A stretch of 64,000 bases of DNA, taken from assembly GCA_963514005.1 (NCBI GenBank), contig OY740802.1:15314001-15378000 (forward strand), given 5' to 3'. The DNA comes from Raja brachyura. Lineage: Eukaryota. This document shows positions 25,791 to 38,500 of the stretch, one piece after another. Below the pieces are notes generated by a model that was given only the letters and a program-made list of their open reading frames with translations, was not told the DNA's origin and made no database searches. Position 1 is the first letter of the stretch. Each line of letters starts with the position of its first letter. Made by a program: the position numbers and the translations under genes.

Positions 25791-26269
25791 GTATGGCACC
25801 ATAGCAGAAGTGTTCATGTCACGGAGCTGGAAACTGGAAGTATCCTGAGCTAATTCTGCTACCACCATCATCTATTGCAACATGTGATGGCTCCCATTGA
25901 TTGTCGCAGAAGCTTGCGCCCTTTTCAGGACGGACGATGACAGCGATGTCAACATTTGAAAGATGGAAGATGGACACAAGAGAAGACACCTGGTATGTTC
26001 CTCTTGCAACCAAATAATGAATGAATTAGTGGTTTATGTGGTGATATAACCAAAAAGGAAGGAGTTGGGGTTTGGGATGAAACTACATTGTTTAGAAGCT
26101 TATCCCCAAGTCAATAAAGTTTTAAGGCTCTGAGCAGCCCAAGGCAATAAGGATGGAAGCAAAGGATAATTACGTCACTTTTCTCAATAATAACTGATCA
26201 CCAGAGAGGCAGTTTAACAATGCAGAGAAAATCACGAACTCAAAGAAGAAATTGAAAAATAGACCGGGG

Positions 26270-26950
26270 TTGTTGTAGAGCAGAGGGATCTAGGAGTGCA
26301 GTTACATAGACCCCTGAAGGTGATGTAAAAGGTAGATGGAGTGGTCAAGAAGGCATTCAGTTAGTCAGTGTACTGGGTATAGAAGTTGGGATGTTATGTT
26401 ATAATTACACAACATGTTGGTGAGGCTGCATTTGGAGTAATGTGTTTAGTTTTGGTCACTCTCCCATAGGAAAAATGTTGCGAAGCTGGAAGGAGTGCAG
26501 AGAAGATTTACGAGGACATTACCAAGACTCATGGGCCTGCAACATAGAGAGAGATTGAGCACGCTGGGAAATTATTCCTTGGAACACAGGAGGCTGAAGG
26601 GTGATCTTGCTGAGGGTATATAAGATCACGAGGGGAATAGCTAGGGTGAATGCACCTAATATTTTACCCAGAATAGGGAAATCTAGGACCAGAGGATGAA
26701 CATTTAAAGTGTGAGTTGAAAGATTTAATGGGAACTTGGGGGACAACGTTTTCACACAGAGGGTGGTGGGCATATGGGATGAGCTGCTGGAGGAGGTAGT
26801 TGAGGCAGGAACATAAAAACATGTAAAAGCATATGGACAGGTGCATGGATAGGAAAGCTTTCAACGGATAAGGCCCAAACGCAGATAGGTAGGACTGGCA
26901 TAGATGGGACACCTTGGTTGGAATGGTCTAGTTGGGCCAAAGGGCTCAAC
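26270..26950 (+). mobile_element. CR1/HER1 LINE 3' fragment
   Basis: gagcagagggatctaggagtgca, tggtgaggctgcatttggagta, cacacagagggtggtggg and the 3'UTR. Confidence 0.9.
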
Positions 26951-27346
26951 AAAGGGTGGATTTGGAATTTGTTTATTTGGGGACTCCAGAGATAATATTT
27001 CAAGAATGGGAAGTGAATCCAAGTCTGCCAATGCTCTTTAGAGTGCTAGGCTACTTTAATTCTTTCCATTAGGTGCAAAAGTATACAATTCCCAAGGACA
27101 ACCCATTGCACAAATTCCACAAGCTACTGAAGGTACTGGAACGATGTTCTGAGCACACTTTAAATAGTTAAGATAAATGAATTAGGGGGAAGTGGAATCT
27201 TGTACCGAATATGTTGAGGTTATTGGAGAGCATTAGATGACTAGAGCTTCCCATTAAAAGTAAGAGTCAATATTATTGATGTTGATTGAGATGCTATACA
27301 AAATAAAATCCATACGTACTGAAATTAAACCCCTATTTGTGTTGAT

Positions 27347-27470
27347 AGAGTAACCCAGCGGGACAGGTAATATCTCTGGAGACAAGGAATGGGTGACGTT
27401 TCGGGTCGAGACCGTTCTTCAGACATCTGACGTCTCCCGTTTAAACTAGCATCTGCAGTTCCTCCCTACA
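27347..27470. mobile_element. Penelope-like fold-back element, internally deleted
   Basis: Minus-strand core ctgaagaacggtctcgacccgaaacgtc. TSD ctatttgt (27333-40/27471-78). Confidence 0.7.
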
Positions 27471-29056
27471 CTATTTGTCTGTGTCAGTGTGCAGTTCTTT
27501 GCCTTTGAAATTCTTTCCCCAGTCAATATACCAACGAATGAGAGGTGATTTTCAGGCAATAGATGTTAGTGGGGAAGAGGCTACAGTCTGAATCTCCTGA
27601 AGATGGATGAAAGCTGAAAATTAATGCAACTGTGACAAGAGGTTTGATGCAGACAAATGGAAATAATAAATGCTACTCAGAAAAGTTGCTATAGTGCAAC
27701 TAAGGTCAACAGTTAATTGGTATATTTGGGAAGAGTCTTGGAATCAGCGCAGACTTGTCATTTAACACATCCGTTAGATTACTGTGAACCAGCAACTGAA
27801 CACTGAAAGGAGAACATTGAACATTATTACTTCTGTAAAGACAGAAGATGTCAAGATTAAACTGTGTAATTCACTGGTCAAATTGTGCCAAATCTTGTAC
27901 TCAGCTTAGGTCACAGTCTTAATGAAAATATTCAAGACATAGAAAAACTATGAGAGTAAGAAGGAAATAATGGAAAGCATATAATTATTTTGCTATGGAA
28001 GATGATAAAAAAATAAGACATTTTTTGTACAGAAATATACAGAAATGTGTGTGCCAATGATTTGAAACCCTATTCAGTGTTAGAGTAATACAGTGTGGAA
28101 ACAGGCCATCCGGCCCAACCTTCCCACACCAACCAAGAGGCAAATTGGCAACCCATTAATAGAACACAACAGCTAATCACAATAAATTTACGGACGCTGT
28201 GGATGCGGAGAGGATCCTTACATTCACAGGACAGTTTAAATGGTCCTGAGGGTTGGATGATGGGAGTAAAGATTTTGAAAAACCAGCTGGATTTTCTTTG
28301 CATATATTAACTAGGATAGTCCAAACAACAACCCTCATCTGTATATATCTTGTCATTTTATGAAAAAACAAATGGAAAAAAATAGGACACATGTGAAACA
28401 CATTGCCTGCTACGACGACATGTAAATGAAAATATCGATGCAGGGAAATTGAAATTAATCTACCTCTGGTGCACTAAGTGTCACTGCATGGAACACTAAT
28501 GTCAGGTTAGAATCCTCGCAATAACATCCAAAACTTGGCCAAAAACATAATGGAAGCAGCTTTACAGTAGTTTACACCCAGAATTATGCATTAAACTGGG
28601 ACCTACATGCAGTTGTACACAGCTTACAAGAATTTTCTACATCTCAATCAAAGGGCATCTTTCTTCAAAGAGACATTCACTGTTCTTAAAGGCACAGTCC
28701 ATATTGCAGACAGGCAATAATGACACACAATCAAACTGCCACAGAGAGATAAGCTGTAGGAGAAAGAGGGATCCCTAAATTTGGTGAGAAAATTTGATCT
28801 TATTGGTGTGGTAAATGTCAGGAGGTGCCCCACCCCCCCAACTCCCCTTCCATGTCCCACTTCCTCCGCCAACCCATGCCAGAGGAGGCAGGAGAGTTGC
28901 TCGGGTTCACATAAGAAGAACCAAGCATGATGTACCTACTTTTGTCTTCTCCGTTTTTTGGCATCTCACTGGTGGAGCATAAAACAGACAAACCACTACC
29001 GTACAAAATACATTAAGGTGATCTGTAGACTATCAGAATCAGGTGGGGGAAGCTTT

Positions 29057-29137
29057 TTCAGCTTTGGTAAATTTACATCTGTAAACATATTGTTGATCAA
29101 ACAAATCCAAGTAGGATGTGGTATCTCTGAAAACTCT
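29057..29137 (-). mobile_element. Harbinger transposase N-terminal remnant
   Basis: Translates RVFRDTTSYLDLFDQQYVYRCKFTKAE, resembling the RVFR...YLD.....RxRF pattern of Harbinger/HARBI1-family transposases. Confidence 0.4.
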
Positions 29138-29976
29138 CTGGCAGTGGTTTCTTCACTGATGGACATGTCCTTATCTCTTCCCCTGAGGTATCTGAATCCA
29201 GCTATGGCTATAATGAGGCCTCAACTGATAGCATGTTCAGAATGGCATTGCTACTTATGCAGCCATGGAAAGAATATCTCAACACTCAAATGGTGGATAA
29301 AACATTATCTTTCTGTTGTATTGCACTCTGTGGAATTGGTAGGTGTCTGAGCAGCCTGAATCAGCTCTGAAGCTGCAACCCAATCTTCACTGTTATCAGA
29401 ATGTCCCTTTAAATAGTGAGAATGGCAACAAACACACCTATTTCACTCTTAGTCGATTTGAGTATTCCAGAGGACAAGTGGAGCCACAGTCTGCCCTGAG
29501 CCTAGAGAAGGATCTAATCTAATCTAGCACAAACCTGCAGGCTAAATGCACTTTTACCTAAAGGAAGCTAGGCAACTTTACCAACTTGTGTAGTTTCTTT
29601 AACATACATAATTGCACCAAATCCTGCATCAACTTAGCCAGTCATATGACTTCACAGCATTCACAAAACAATATCCACATTACAACAACAGTTATTAATG
29701 TGCTTCACTGGGACCAAAACATTTGGAAACATCGGGAGATGTGAAAGAAAATACCAAAACATATATTTTGCTTTCTTTGCTGGTCTAATCATTATTCAAT
29801 GCTGAGCTAACTAAATATTAATTGGGCAAAATGGTGGAGATGCAGCTATTGGTGCAAGAAGATCTGGGCACCATTTATTCATGTTAGAAGTGCATTTGTA
29901 CAGGCATTAGATCAGAAGATGATCAAACATGTTTGTGATCATTCTCCATATAACACGGAAATATAAATAATATATA

Positions 29977-30200
29977 ATAGACAATAGGTGCAGGATTAGG
30001 CCATTCGGCTCTTCGAGCCAGCACCGCCATTCACTGTGATCATGGCTGATCATCCACAATCAGCACTCTGTTCCTACTTTCTCCCCATATCCCTTGACTC
30101 CGCTATCTTTAAGAGCTCTGATAGCTCTCTCTTGAAAGCATCCAGAGAGCCGGCCTCCACTGCACTCTGAGGCAGCGAATTTATAGAAATATAGAAACAT
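29977..30200 (-). mobile_element. Young CR1 3' end
   Basis: Reverse complement of the 3' end at 33270-33475 (atagacaataggtgcagga...gagccagcaccgccattc). Confidence 0.9.
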
Positions 30201-31518
30201 AGAAACATATATTTGGGCCATGTTTTGTGGGCTACATGGTAAGTATATTGTTCTGAACAAAGTACAAAAATTAGTAAGAAAATGTCATATTCAACCCTTA
30301 CTGCTTTGAAGTAACATAGCCTCAACCCCTCAAACTGGTTTCAAATCTAAATGCATGTTCAAGTGCATTTTGTAATGTATGCGAGGGCCAGAGGGGTGAA
30401 CAGGAAGGACCAATTCATGTAACAGAGCGATGTAAACACATGAGGCATCAATTTAAAATAATTAGTGGATGATTAAAGGGGAGTTGAGGAAAGATGTTGT
30501 TCACCCAAAGCATGAAACAGGTCTGGAACTCGATGCCTAGAAAGGTGATGGAAACAAAACGCATAACACATTTAAAAAGAAGCTGATTGAGTACTTGAAG
30601 TGCCCTTGACTCTGAAAGCTACAGACTGGGATCTGAGCTGCAAGAGTAGACCAAGTAGCTATTTTTTTTACCCAGCATGAATGCAATGAGGTAAATAGTC
30701 TCTGGTGCTATTAGTTTCAATATATATTTCTGTGAAATAACTCACAAATTGGTAGTTTGTAAACTGGACATTCAAAATTGCTTATTCAAGTCAACAGTAT
30801 ATTTTGGGAACACATTTACGGTCACAAATAAAACGAACTCCCAACACCCTAGATTTAAATTTGCAGCTATAGTTCACATCAATGTGGACAAACATCTGAT
30901 GAACTATATATGAAGAGAAGGTGTGGGTTCAAGCAATATTTCTGAGCTGGTAAAAACAAACAGAGGTGATGTGGTTATATGGTTGGCAATTCGCCCCAGA
31001 TCCAAACGCGACATCAGGTTACCAGGAGCAGGTTGGTGTTGGTAGCCACTGCACAGGGATTGGGATAAAAAATAAAGACAAATGACCCAATATTCCGGGG
31101 TGGAAGATTGCAACCTTCACGCCCTGTTTCGACTAATGCAATCAACTCGACGTGCACAAACGGAAGATCAAATAGAACAAGTTGTCCAACAACTTTTGGC
31201 TGTGCACGCCACACGAAGGAAGAAGACTCAATATTCCCAATACTTATGCTATATTAGTGAATTTCAGGACACATAGCCTGACAAGGGGGAGGCAGTGGAA
31301 TGATGCAAATAAATTTTGGAAAGGTGGAGTTGGGCATTATCGAAGTAGGTATGAAACTAAATGATTTTCACTTATGGACAGTACACTAATGAGAAATAGA
31401 AATGAGCCTAAGATAAGTAAATGAACCCCAAACTGCATTCAAATCTTCACCCAATAACTCAAAATGTATAAGAAAACAACTATGGGTGTCCAAGGCAAAT
31501 CAATGGTTAATAATTGAA

Positions 31519-31612
31519 GATGGACACAAAATTCTGGAGTAACTCAGCGGGTCAGGCAGCATCTCCAATGAAAATGGAGAGGCGATGTTTCGGGTTGGGA
31601 CCTTACTACAGA
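31519..31612 (-). mobile_element. Penelope-like element half
   Basis: gacacaaaattctggagtaactcagcgggtcaggcagcatc. 12-bp TSD tgaagatggaca (31515-26/31626-37). Confidence 0.75.
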
Positions 31613-32920
31613 ATAAGTACATAAATGAAGATGGACAAAGAGACGCTACACAACTGTTCAGCCTGTTCTCTGAACTGTATTTAAAAGAATGAAGGATTGC
31701 CCCACAGGATCCTGTGACTTATTTTAATGCACAGCTTTCATATAAATATGGCACTGAAAGTGAGAAACAGATGCTTTTGATTAAAATATAAGTCCTACCA
31801 AGGCAGCGCAATGTGGTCATTACCTATATACTTTTAATCAGCAAGCAGCATCTGTTTCTGATAGTAAATCATATAAAAGGCATATCTCCACTAATGTTAT
31901 TTATAGGAAGGCTGAAGCATATATAAAATGCTGTAATTTTTTTTCGGTGCTATTAAGGTGCCCTTCAACAAATTACTTCACAAAATATTCCTAATTTTTC
32001 CCCCACTTTCTTCCACTTCTCTCAGTCAACCAAGAAGATGGAGAAATTCAAATAAAATTTGATCCATAACTATCGCCTGCTCCATTCTAAGAATTATCCT
32101 GCAGAAGTACCAATCTCATAGCAGTACACTGAGGGTAAGCTTGGGATTTGGACTCATGACTTATGAGCTTGTAGCCAAGGTCATTCATCATGGAACAAGT
32201 AAATTCTATTTAAAAACTACCATATTTTTGAACACTCACCCAATTGCAATGGCTCAACAGTGCTCTAATACTCTGCCATTGGAGATAGATTCTCTACAGA
32301 TATTGTGTGGGAAAAACACTAATTACGGTGCTAACCCCATAAATGTCCTGTTGCTTCAAAGTTTCACTTCATACAGCCAGGCAGCACAAAACCTAAATGA
32401 TATTGTGAAGTGAATTTGTCTACGGAATCATAACTCTAGCAGCCTGTTTTCTGGGCATGAAATGTTCAGATCACAAGAGCATAAATTTTGAATTAGTACC
32501 AGAAGCACAGGGAAGAGGTTAGAAGACTTCTGTCAGCACCAAAACTTCACTGCATTTGTTTTTATTCATTCCTGGGAAATGGAAATTGCTGATAATGCAA
32601 GTGATTTTGCTCATTGCTCATTCCTTGGGAAGTGGCAAGGAGACAGTTTCTGGAACATCTGCAATTCTTGAAGTGTACACACATTCACACAGCTGTTAGA
32701 CAGGAAGCTCCAGAAATATATGACCTAGCAGCTACACAGCATCCTATTTCCTGGATAAATAGAATAGTGCATGATTTGAATAGAATTTACGGGTGGTTAT
32801 AATCCCATTTTCCTACTGGCCATCTCGGTAGAAAAGTTGGGCAAGACAGGTGCTGTTAAAAAGACCATTGCATGTTTTTGAAACATAACCTTTAAATGGT
32901 GCATACTGACAGGGTTAATT

Positions 32921-33005
32921 CTGAAGAAGGGTCTTGACCCGAAACGTCACCTATCTCCTTCGCTCCTTAGACACCCACTGAGTTTCTCCAGCTTTTTGTG
33001 TACCC
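32921..33005 (+). mobile_element. Penelope-like element half with intact minimal hammerhead core
   Basis: CTGAAGA-A-GGGTC-TT-GACCC-GAAAC-GTC at 32921-32948. TSD ttaattc (32915-21/33006-12), inserted into a CR1. Confidence 0.75.
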
Positions 33006-33475
33006 TTAATTCCTGGGATGGTGGGAATGTCATATGCTGTGAGAATGGAGCGGTTGGGCTTGTATACTCTGGAATTTAGAAGGATGAGAGGTTATCTTAT
33101 TGAAACATGTAAGATTATTAAGGGTTTGGACACGCTAGCGGCAGGAAACATATTCCCGATGTTGGGGGAGCCCAGAACCAGGGGCCACAGTTTAAGAATA
33201 AGGGTTAAGCTATTCAGAACAGAGATGAGGAAACACTTTTACACACAGGGAGTTGTGAGTCTGTGGAATTCTCTGCCTCAGATGGTGGTGGAGGCCGGTT
33301 CTCTGGATGCTTTCAAGAGAGAGCTAGATAGGGCTCTTAAAGATAGGGGAGTCAGGGGATATGGGGAGAAGGCAGAAACGGGGTACTGATTGGGGATGAT
33401 CAGCCATGATCACACTGAATGGCGGTGCTGGCTGGAAGGGCCGAATGACCTACTCCTGCACCCATTGTCTATTAT
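33006..33475 (+). mobile_element. Young CR1/HER1 LINE 3' fragment
   Basis: ORF 33018-33389: RLGLYTLEFRRMRG.LIE..KI.KG...RTRGHSL...FYTQGVVSLWNSLP..VVEA.SLDAFKRELD. Confidence 0.95.
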
Positions 33476-34106
33476 TGTCATACTGGTCCTTGGTGCACTA
33501 GTGTGGAGCTAAATGATTGTTTATGGTGATGGAGTGATGTATCAAGTTGTTTTGATTCAGATATTATTGAGCTTCATCATTTTTGTGGTACTCCATCATA
33601 ATCCAGATAGTGCTTTGTAGTATTTTGGAAATCAGAAGCCTCTGCCTGCCTCACAGTGTCACTATTGAAATAGTTGCTCTTGCTAACTTTCTGGTTATTT
33701 GATCTGTGGAGGATCTGATGATGGAAAAATCAATTGATTATCAAGGGATATTCTTTTGAAGGTTGTCAATGCCTGGTTAATGTGATGCGATTATACCTTG
33801 CCATGTCTCAATGCAAATCTGAAAGTGATTGAGATCTCTCAATGTCCAGGGACCGAACGCTATGTTATCTGAGGAGTGAGACATAATGCATACACCAAAT
33901 CATCCCAAGAAGTAATTGAGAATGGGTGGACAATGCATTGCCCTGAATAGCTCCTGCAATTATGTTTCACAAATAAATCATTAATTTCTAACAACCTCAG
34001 CTGCCTTTCTTTGTGCTACAATACTCACCAATAAAGGTTGTTTCATTCTGATTCCTATGACTGATTTTGCGAAAGCCCCTCGCTGCCATCCAGTATAGGT
34101 ATTGGA

Positions 34107-34628
34107 TTACCTGCATGCTAGCTCCACGTTATCCCACTTTTGCATCCTACACACTAGGGACAATTTACAGAAGATAACTGACTGACAAATCTGCATATCT
34201 TTAGAATGTGGGAGGAAACTGGAGCACCCTAATACCTCTGTCCCACTTAGGAAACCTGAACGGAAACCTCTGGAGACTTTGCGCCCCACCCAAGGTTTCC
34301 ATGCGGTTCCCGGAGGTTTTTGTCAGTCTCCCTAATGGTCAAAACTGGTTTCCGCTTCTTCTATGTTCCAGCGAAGAAGCGGAAACCACTTTCGACCATT
34401 AGGGAGACTGACAAAAACCTCCGAAAACCGCACGGAAACCTTGGGTGGGGCGCAAAGTCTCCAGAGGTTTCCGTTCAGGTTTCCTACGTGGGACAGGGGC
34501 ATTACAAAACCCACATGATCACAGGGAGAACGAACAAACTCCGCACAGACAGCACTAATAGTCAGGGTTGAATCTTGGTCTCTAGTGCTGTGAGGCAGCA
34601 GCTCTACCGCTGCACCACTGTGCCACCC
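34107..34628 (-). mobile_element. HE1/V-SINE hosting a MITE
   Basis: Reverse-complement head gtgaggcagcagctctaccgctgcaccactgtgccaccc. The body is split at gagcaccc/aaaacccac. Confidence 0.85.
34233..34501. mobile_element. Fully palindromic Harbinger-type MITE
   Basis: TIR tacctCTGTCCCAC...GTGGGACAGgggca, arms about 128 bp, flanked by TAA and TTA. Confidence 0.8.
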
Positions 34629-34755
34629 AGATATCTATAATTTGGCTGCTTTGACCATTGTTGGACAGAACATTAGATTGCTACAATGCACTCTGGAACA
34701 GAGATTCCTGACAGAAGTTAAACTGGACATTGATGAGCAAGTTACTGGTGAGTAA

Positions 34756-35304
34756 AGGGCCTGTCCTACAAGCATGCAACTCTATGCAATTAGCGCGACC
34801 TAACGTGATCGCTTGAGCCGTCCGGCGTCGCGGGGCCGGTCCCACTTCGATCGCCGGAGCCGTGCGGAATTGTGCGGAGTTCGTCCCGACATCGCACGGG
34901 GCTCCGAAAAACTGACTATGTCCAAAAATTCCGCGCGGCAACGGTTTGTCGGCTCGCAGTCGCCTCGACGCATTACACACCGCCCCGACATCATGCCTCC
35001 GTGAACCTGTCTGTGGGTGCCTCCGTGACCCTCTATGTGTGTGGCTCCGTGGCCCTCTGTGTGTGTATGCCTCTGTGCCCCTCTCTGTCCTGGCGAACTT
35101 ACCTTAGACTTCGCTCCAAGTTCGCCTCACTTTGCGCCGCGTTGCGCCACTCACCCGACCTCCGCGCGGCCCCTGCTGCCGGTTTGGTTGCGCTTGCCGC
35201 ATGCAGGTGGGAACGGCCCCTGTACAGGGGATCACCCGACCTCCACACGGCCCCCGCTTCTAGTTTGAATGCGTTCATCGCATAGTTGCATGCTTGTAGG
35301 ACAG
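34756..35304 (+). mobile_element. CpG-rich Harbinger-type MITE with internal minisatellite
   Basis: TAA+AGGGCCTGTCCTAC. Homologous to 52560-53191 in the opposite orientation. Confidence 0.8.
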
Positions 35305-35329
35305 TAACTGTAAGTTGACAGTACTGTCA

Positions 35330-35530
35330 ATGTACAAATAACAGAACTCTGGAAGAGCTCAGTGGGTCAAACAGCAACTGTGGAGGTAAAAGATGGAAAT
35401 CAAAGTTTCTGGTCGAGACCCTTCATCATCAACGTACAACTTTTGTCTGCAGGGTGCTGCTTAACCTGCTAAGTTGTTCCGGTTTTGTTTTTTCATTCCA
35501 GGTTCGAGCATCTGCAGTCTCTTTTGTCTT
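35330..35530. mobile_element. Older Penelope-like fold-back element
   Basis: ctggaagagctcagtgggtca...gtcgagacccttcatca...gctgcttaacctgct...gcatctgcagtc. Degenerate TSD cagtactgtcaatg/caggacagtcaatg. Confidence 0.65.
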
Positions 35531-38500
35531 CACAGGACAGTCAATGAAATGTTCTGTTACTTTAATTTACTTATGACTGATGAGAGTAGATTGAGAAGGT
35601 GGTAATCATTTACTTTTTTTGTACATGGGACACCTGGACAATTTTACAATTAATCAGGTTGGTGCCAGAGTTTTTATTTAATTGCAAACAGGTTGATGAA
35701 TGTTAGCTGTTCTAAGCACCAACAGTAAGGAATGTAATATTGTCAGGGCTCATTATCTTTGTCATATCCAATGCATGCAGCCATTTCTTGACTTTAAATG
35801 GAATGAATCATAATGGCTAGATCCTGGCTTCCTGAAGGATCTTCGGGAGGTACCGAGATGGTTCATTTGTTTGGGTGAAGATGATACCAACTTCTTCCGC
35901 ATGGTCTTCTACATTTGCAGGGCGGGCGCTACTAACAATGAGGATAGGCTTGTTCATCGATGCTTCTTCAGCATTTCGCTGTTTAACTACTGGGTTTGAA
36001 AGGACTGCAGAGTTTGACGTGATCAGTCATTTCTCAAATTGCCTGCAGCAAGCCATTTTTGCTACCTTGTTTAGATGCAGTCCTGTGTTGTTCCTTCTCT
36101 AGGTTTTGATGTGCCTGGAGCTATTCTGAGCATGAATTTCTATGTCCTTCGTGAACCATGATTGATTCTCTGACTTGATCGTAATGGCAAAGTTGGAATA
36201 TACACGTCTTTACAGATTGTGGAGGCTGGCCATTCCTCTGCTGCTGATTGTCCACGGGATCCCATATTCACATTTCTGAGAGCTTCTAGAACCGCTGTGA
36301 ATTTATCCCTCTGTAGTCAGTAGTATATTTGTGAGCTGGGCTCCACTAACATTGAGGATAGGTATGTTCACGGATCAATCTCCAGCATTTAGCTGTTCAA
36401 TCGTGATTCAAGATGGACATAGAGATTCATGCACAGTGTAACTCCAGGCTCATCAAAACCCAACATAATGCAGCTTGTCCTCTGTTTGAAGAAGAAAGCT
36501 CATCTCCAAAATTGCCTATGCTGTGGACTGTCAATGATATAGTCAGTGGCAGTTTGATAAAGTTCATAACCATCTCCCTCACGCTTGCAAGCAGCTTTGC
36601 ACTTCAGGACTCAGTCAGGTGTAATGCTGCCAACTTGGTGACAGACTATGAAGTCCCAATACCAAAGTCCATTCTATGGCCTTACTATTCTCCATGCTTC
36701 CTCCATGGAGGAACATTGGGGAGGGAGGAAAGTCGCTGGTAATCCGTCTTCAATTTCTTTGCCTGTCTTTCACATGATGCATTGAGACTTCCTAGGGTTG
36801 AGAATTAATGTTGTTTCATTGGGTCTAGAACTAATAGACCACCACATCAGCTCCCAACACCTCCCCACTGCCCCCACCCCAGCAAAGCCCCTCCACCCAT
36901 TAGCTATATAGATAATTTTTTACTACATATGATAGATCTGCTTTCCAATGGGACTAAGTGTATATATACTTATAATGAAGAAAGAATGTGGGATGTTGGC
37001 TAATTAAGTACAAACTTGTAAGCAATATTCTGTCAAGCCTCCACTTGATTTGTCTGTGGGACAGCTCTCCTAATTTTTGAATTCTGTTGAAGCCATGCAA
37101 GAAGGGTTGACTAATTTTGTCATGCCGTGCCATGTGGTGTTACCAGTCCAGTTCTATCACTACATTTTTGTAGCATTTGCAAACAAAAGGGTAGTTTGCT
37201 AAGATGTCAGACACCAATGAAAAGACAAGCACAATTCTGCGATTCTGGAATCACAAATTGACCAGTAGAGTAAAGACAGAATTCCTTATGAAAAGATATT
37301 AGAGTTCCCCGTGGAGAATGGAGGACAATTTGACAATGTCATGGTCACTGTTACAGATTTTTTTTTTTTTTTAAATAAGGAATTTAATTAATCAATGCTA
37401 TTGTGAGATGGGATTATAATTTATCCAAATATTGAGCTACCATTAGAAAATCCAGTAAACTGCCATAGAATTAACTATGATTTCAAAAGCAAACTCACTA
37501 GATTCACAAAAACACATTGAAAACAGATGTTAAAATCAAGAGACCTTTCTTCTATTTTACCATTCCCCTTTGTTATATTTCACTGGTACAATTAGTGGGA
37601 ATGTTCAAAGCAAGAATTTAAGTCTGTTCTCCCCTTCCGGACACAGGTGTTCATTAATCTATAATTACTTCATGTGGAGCTAACGAACAACTGTAATTAT
37701 TACAGTTAATTCCTGTTTAGTGAATAAACCACTTGTCATCACAAATTGTTGCAGCATGGTCCGCCATGAAAATGTTGGCTGGAAAGTATCAAGATTTAGA
37801 AAGCTTTGATTTAGTAACGCAAGTCCTTACATTTTTACAATGCACACTTCCTCCCCTGAAAAGTTGTAGTAAATGATTCAAATACAATGCAAGTCTATTG
37901 GGCTTTGAAATGCGAAAACTCACCTTACTTTGGACTGTGAAAGTTCTCACACTGGGAATTTAATCTGTGTTTTCAGATGATGTCTGGCGTGAACTTGCAG
38001 CATTTTCTGTTTTATTGCATCTCATTGCCTATATTTGCATTTTTTTCCTTTACACTAGTCATCTCTCCATCCAGAGTTCATGATTGTCTATGGAGCAATG
38101 AAATCACTCTTACGTGACTCCCTCTCACGGAGCTACAATTGCAGAAGTAAAACCTCACTCCAAACTGTCAGTTTTACGCGCTTGAAAGTAAGAAATTCTT
38201 ATTACAGAACTGCCGCTGCAAAACTCTTAACTTAAAAAAACAAATTCACCTGGTGAGACCACAAAACCTAATCGAAGTCAGAAAATAATCTTCGCAGAGC
38301 CAGTATGAATCACACAGAACTACTTATTATCGGGAAGAACGTGCACACAGTGATATATAGTGTCTAGCAGTCACACTTGTATTTTAAGACACAGTAAAGT
38401 CTATGTGTTGATACACTTAAATTGATACAATCACCTAGAATATAGATCATGACAAAAGAAATACTTAAAACAAGGTGATTAACCTTTCCAGTAATCCACC

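Larger units (their letters stand above)
32555..37450 (-). mobile_element. Ancient, long CR1/L2-group LINE relic with multiple nested insertions
   Basis: 3'-end pattern ttttattcattcctggga... at 32558, degenerate coding-like segments at 33480-34100 and 35540-36800, and a 5'-end-like segment at 37200-37450. Recognised by eye. Confidence 0.5.
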
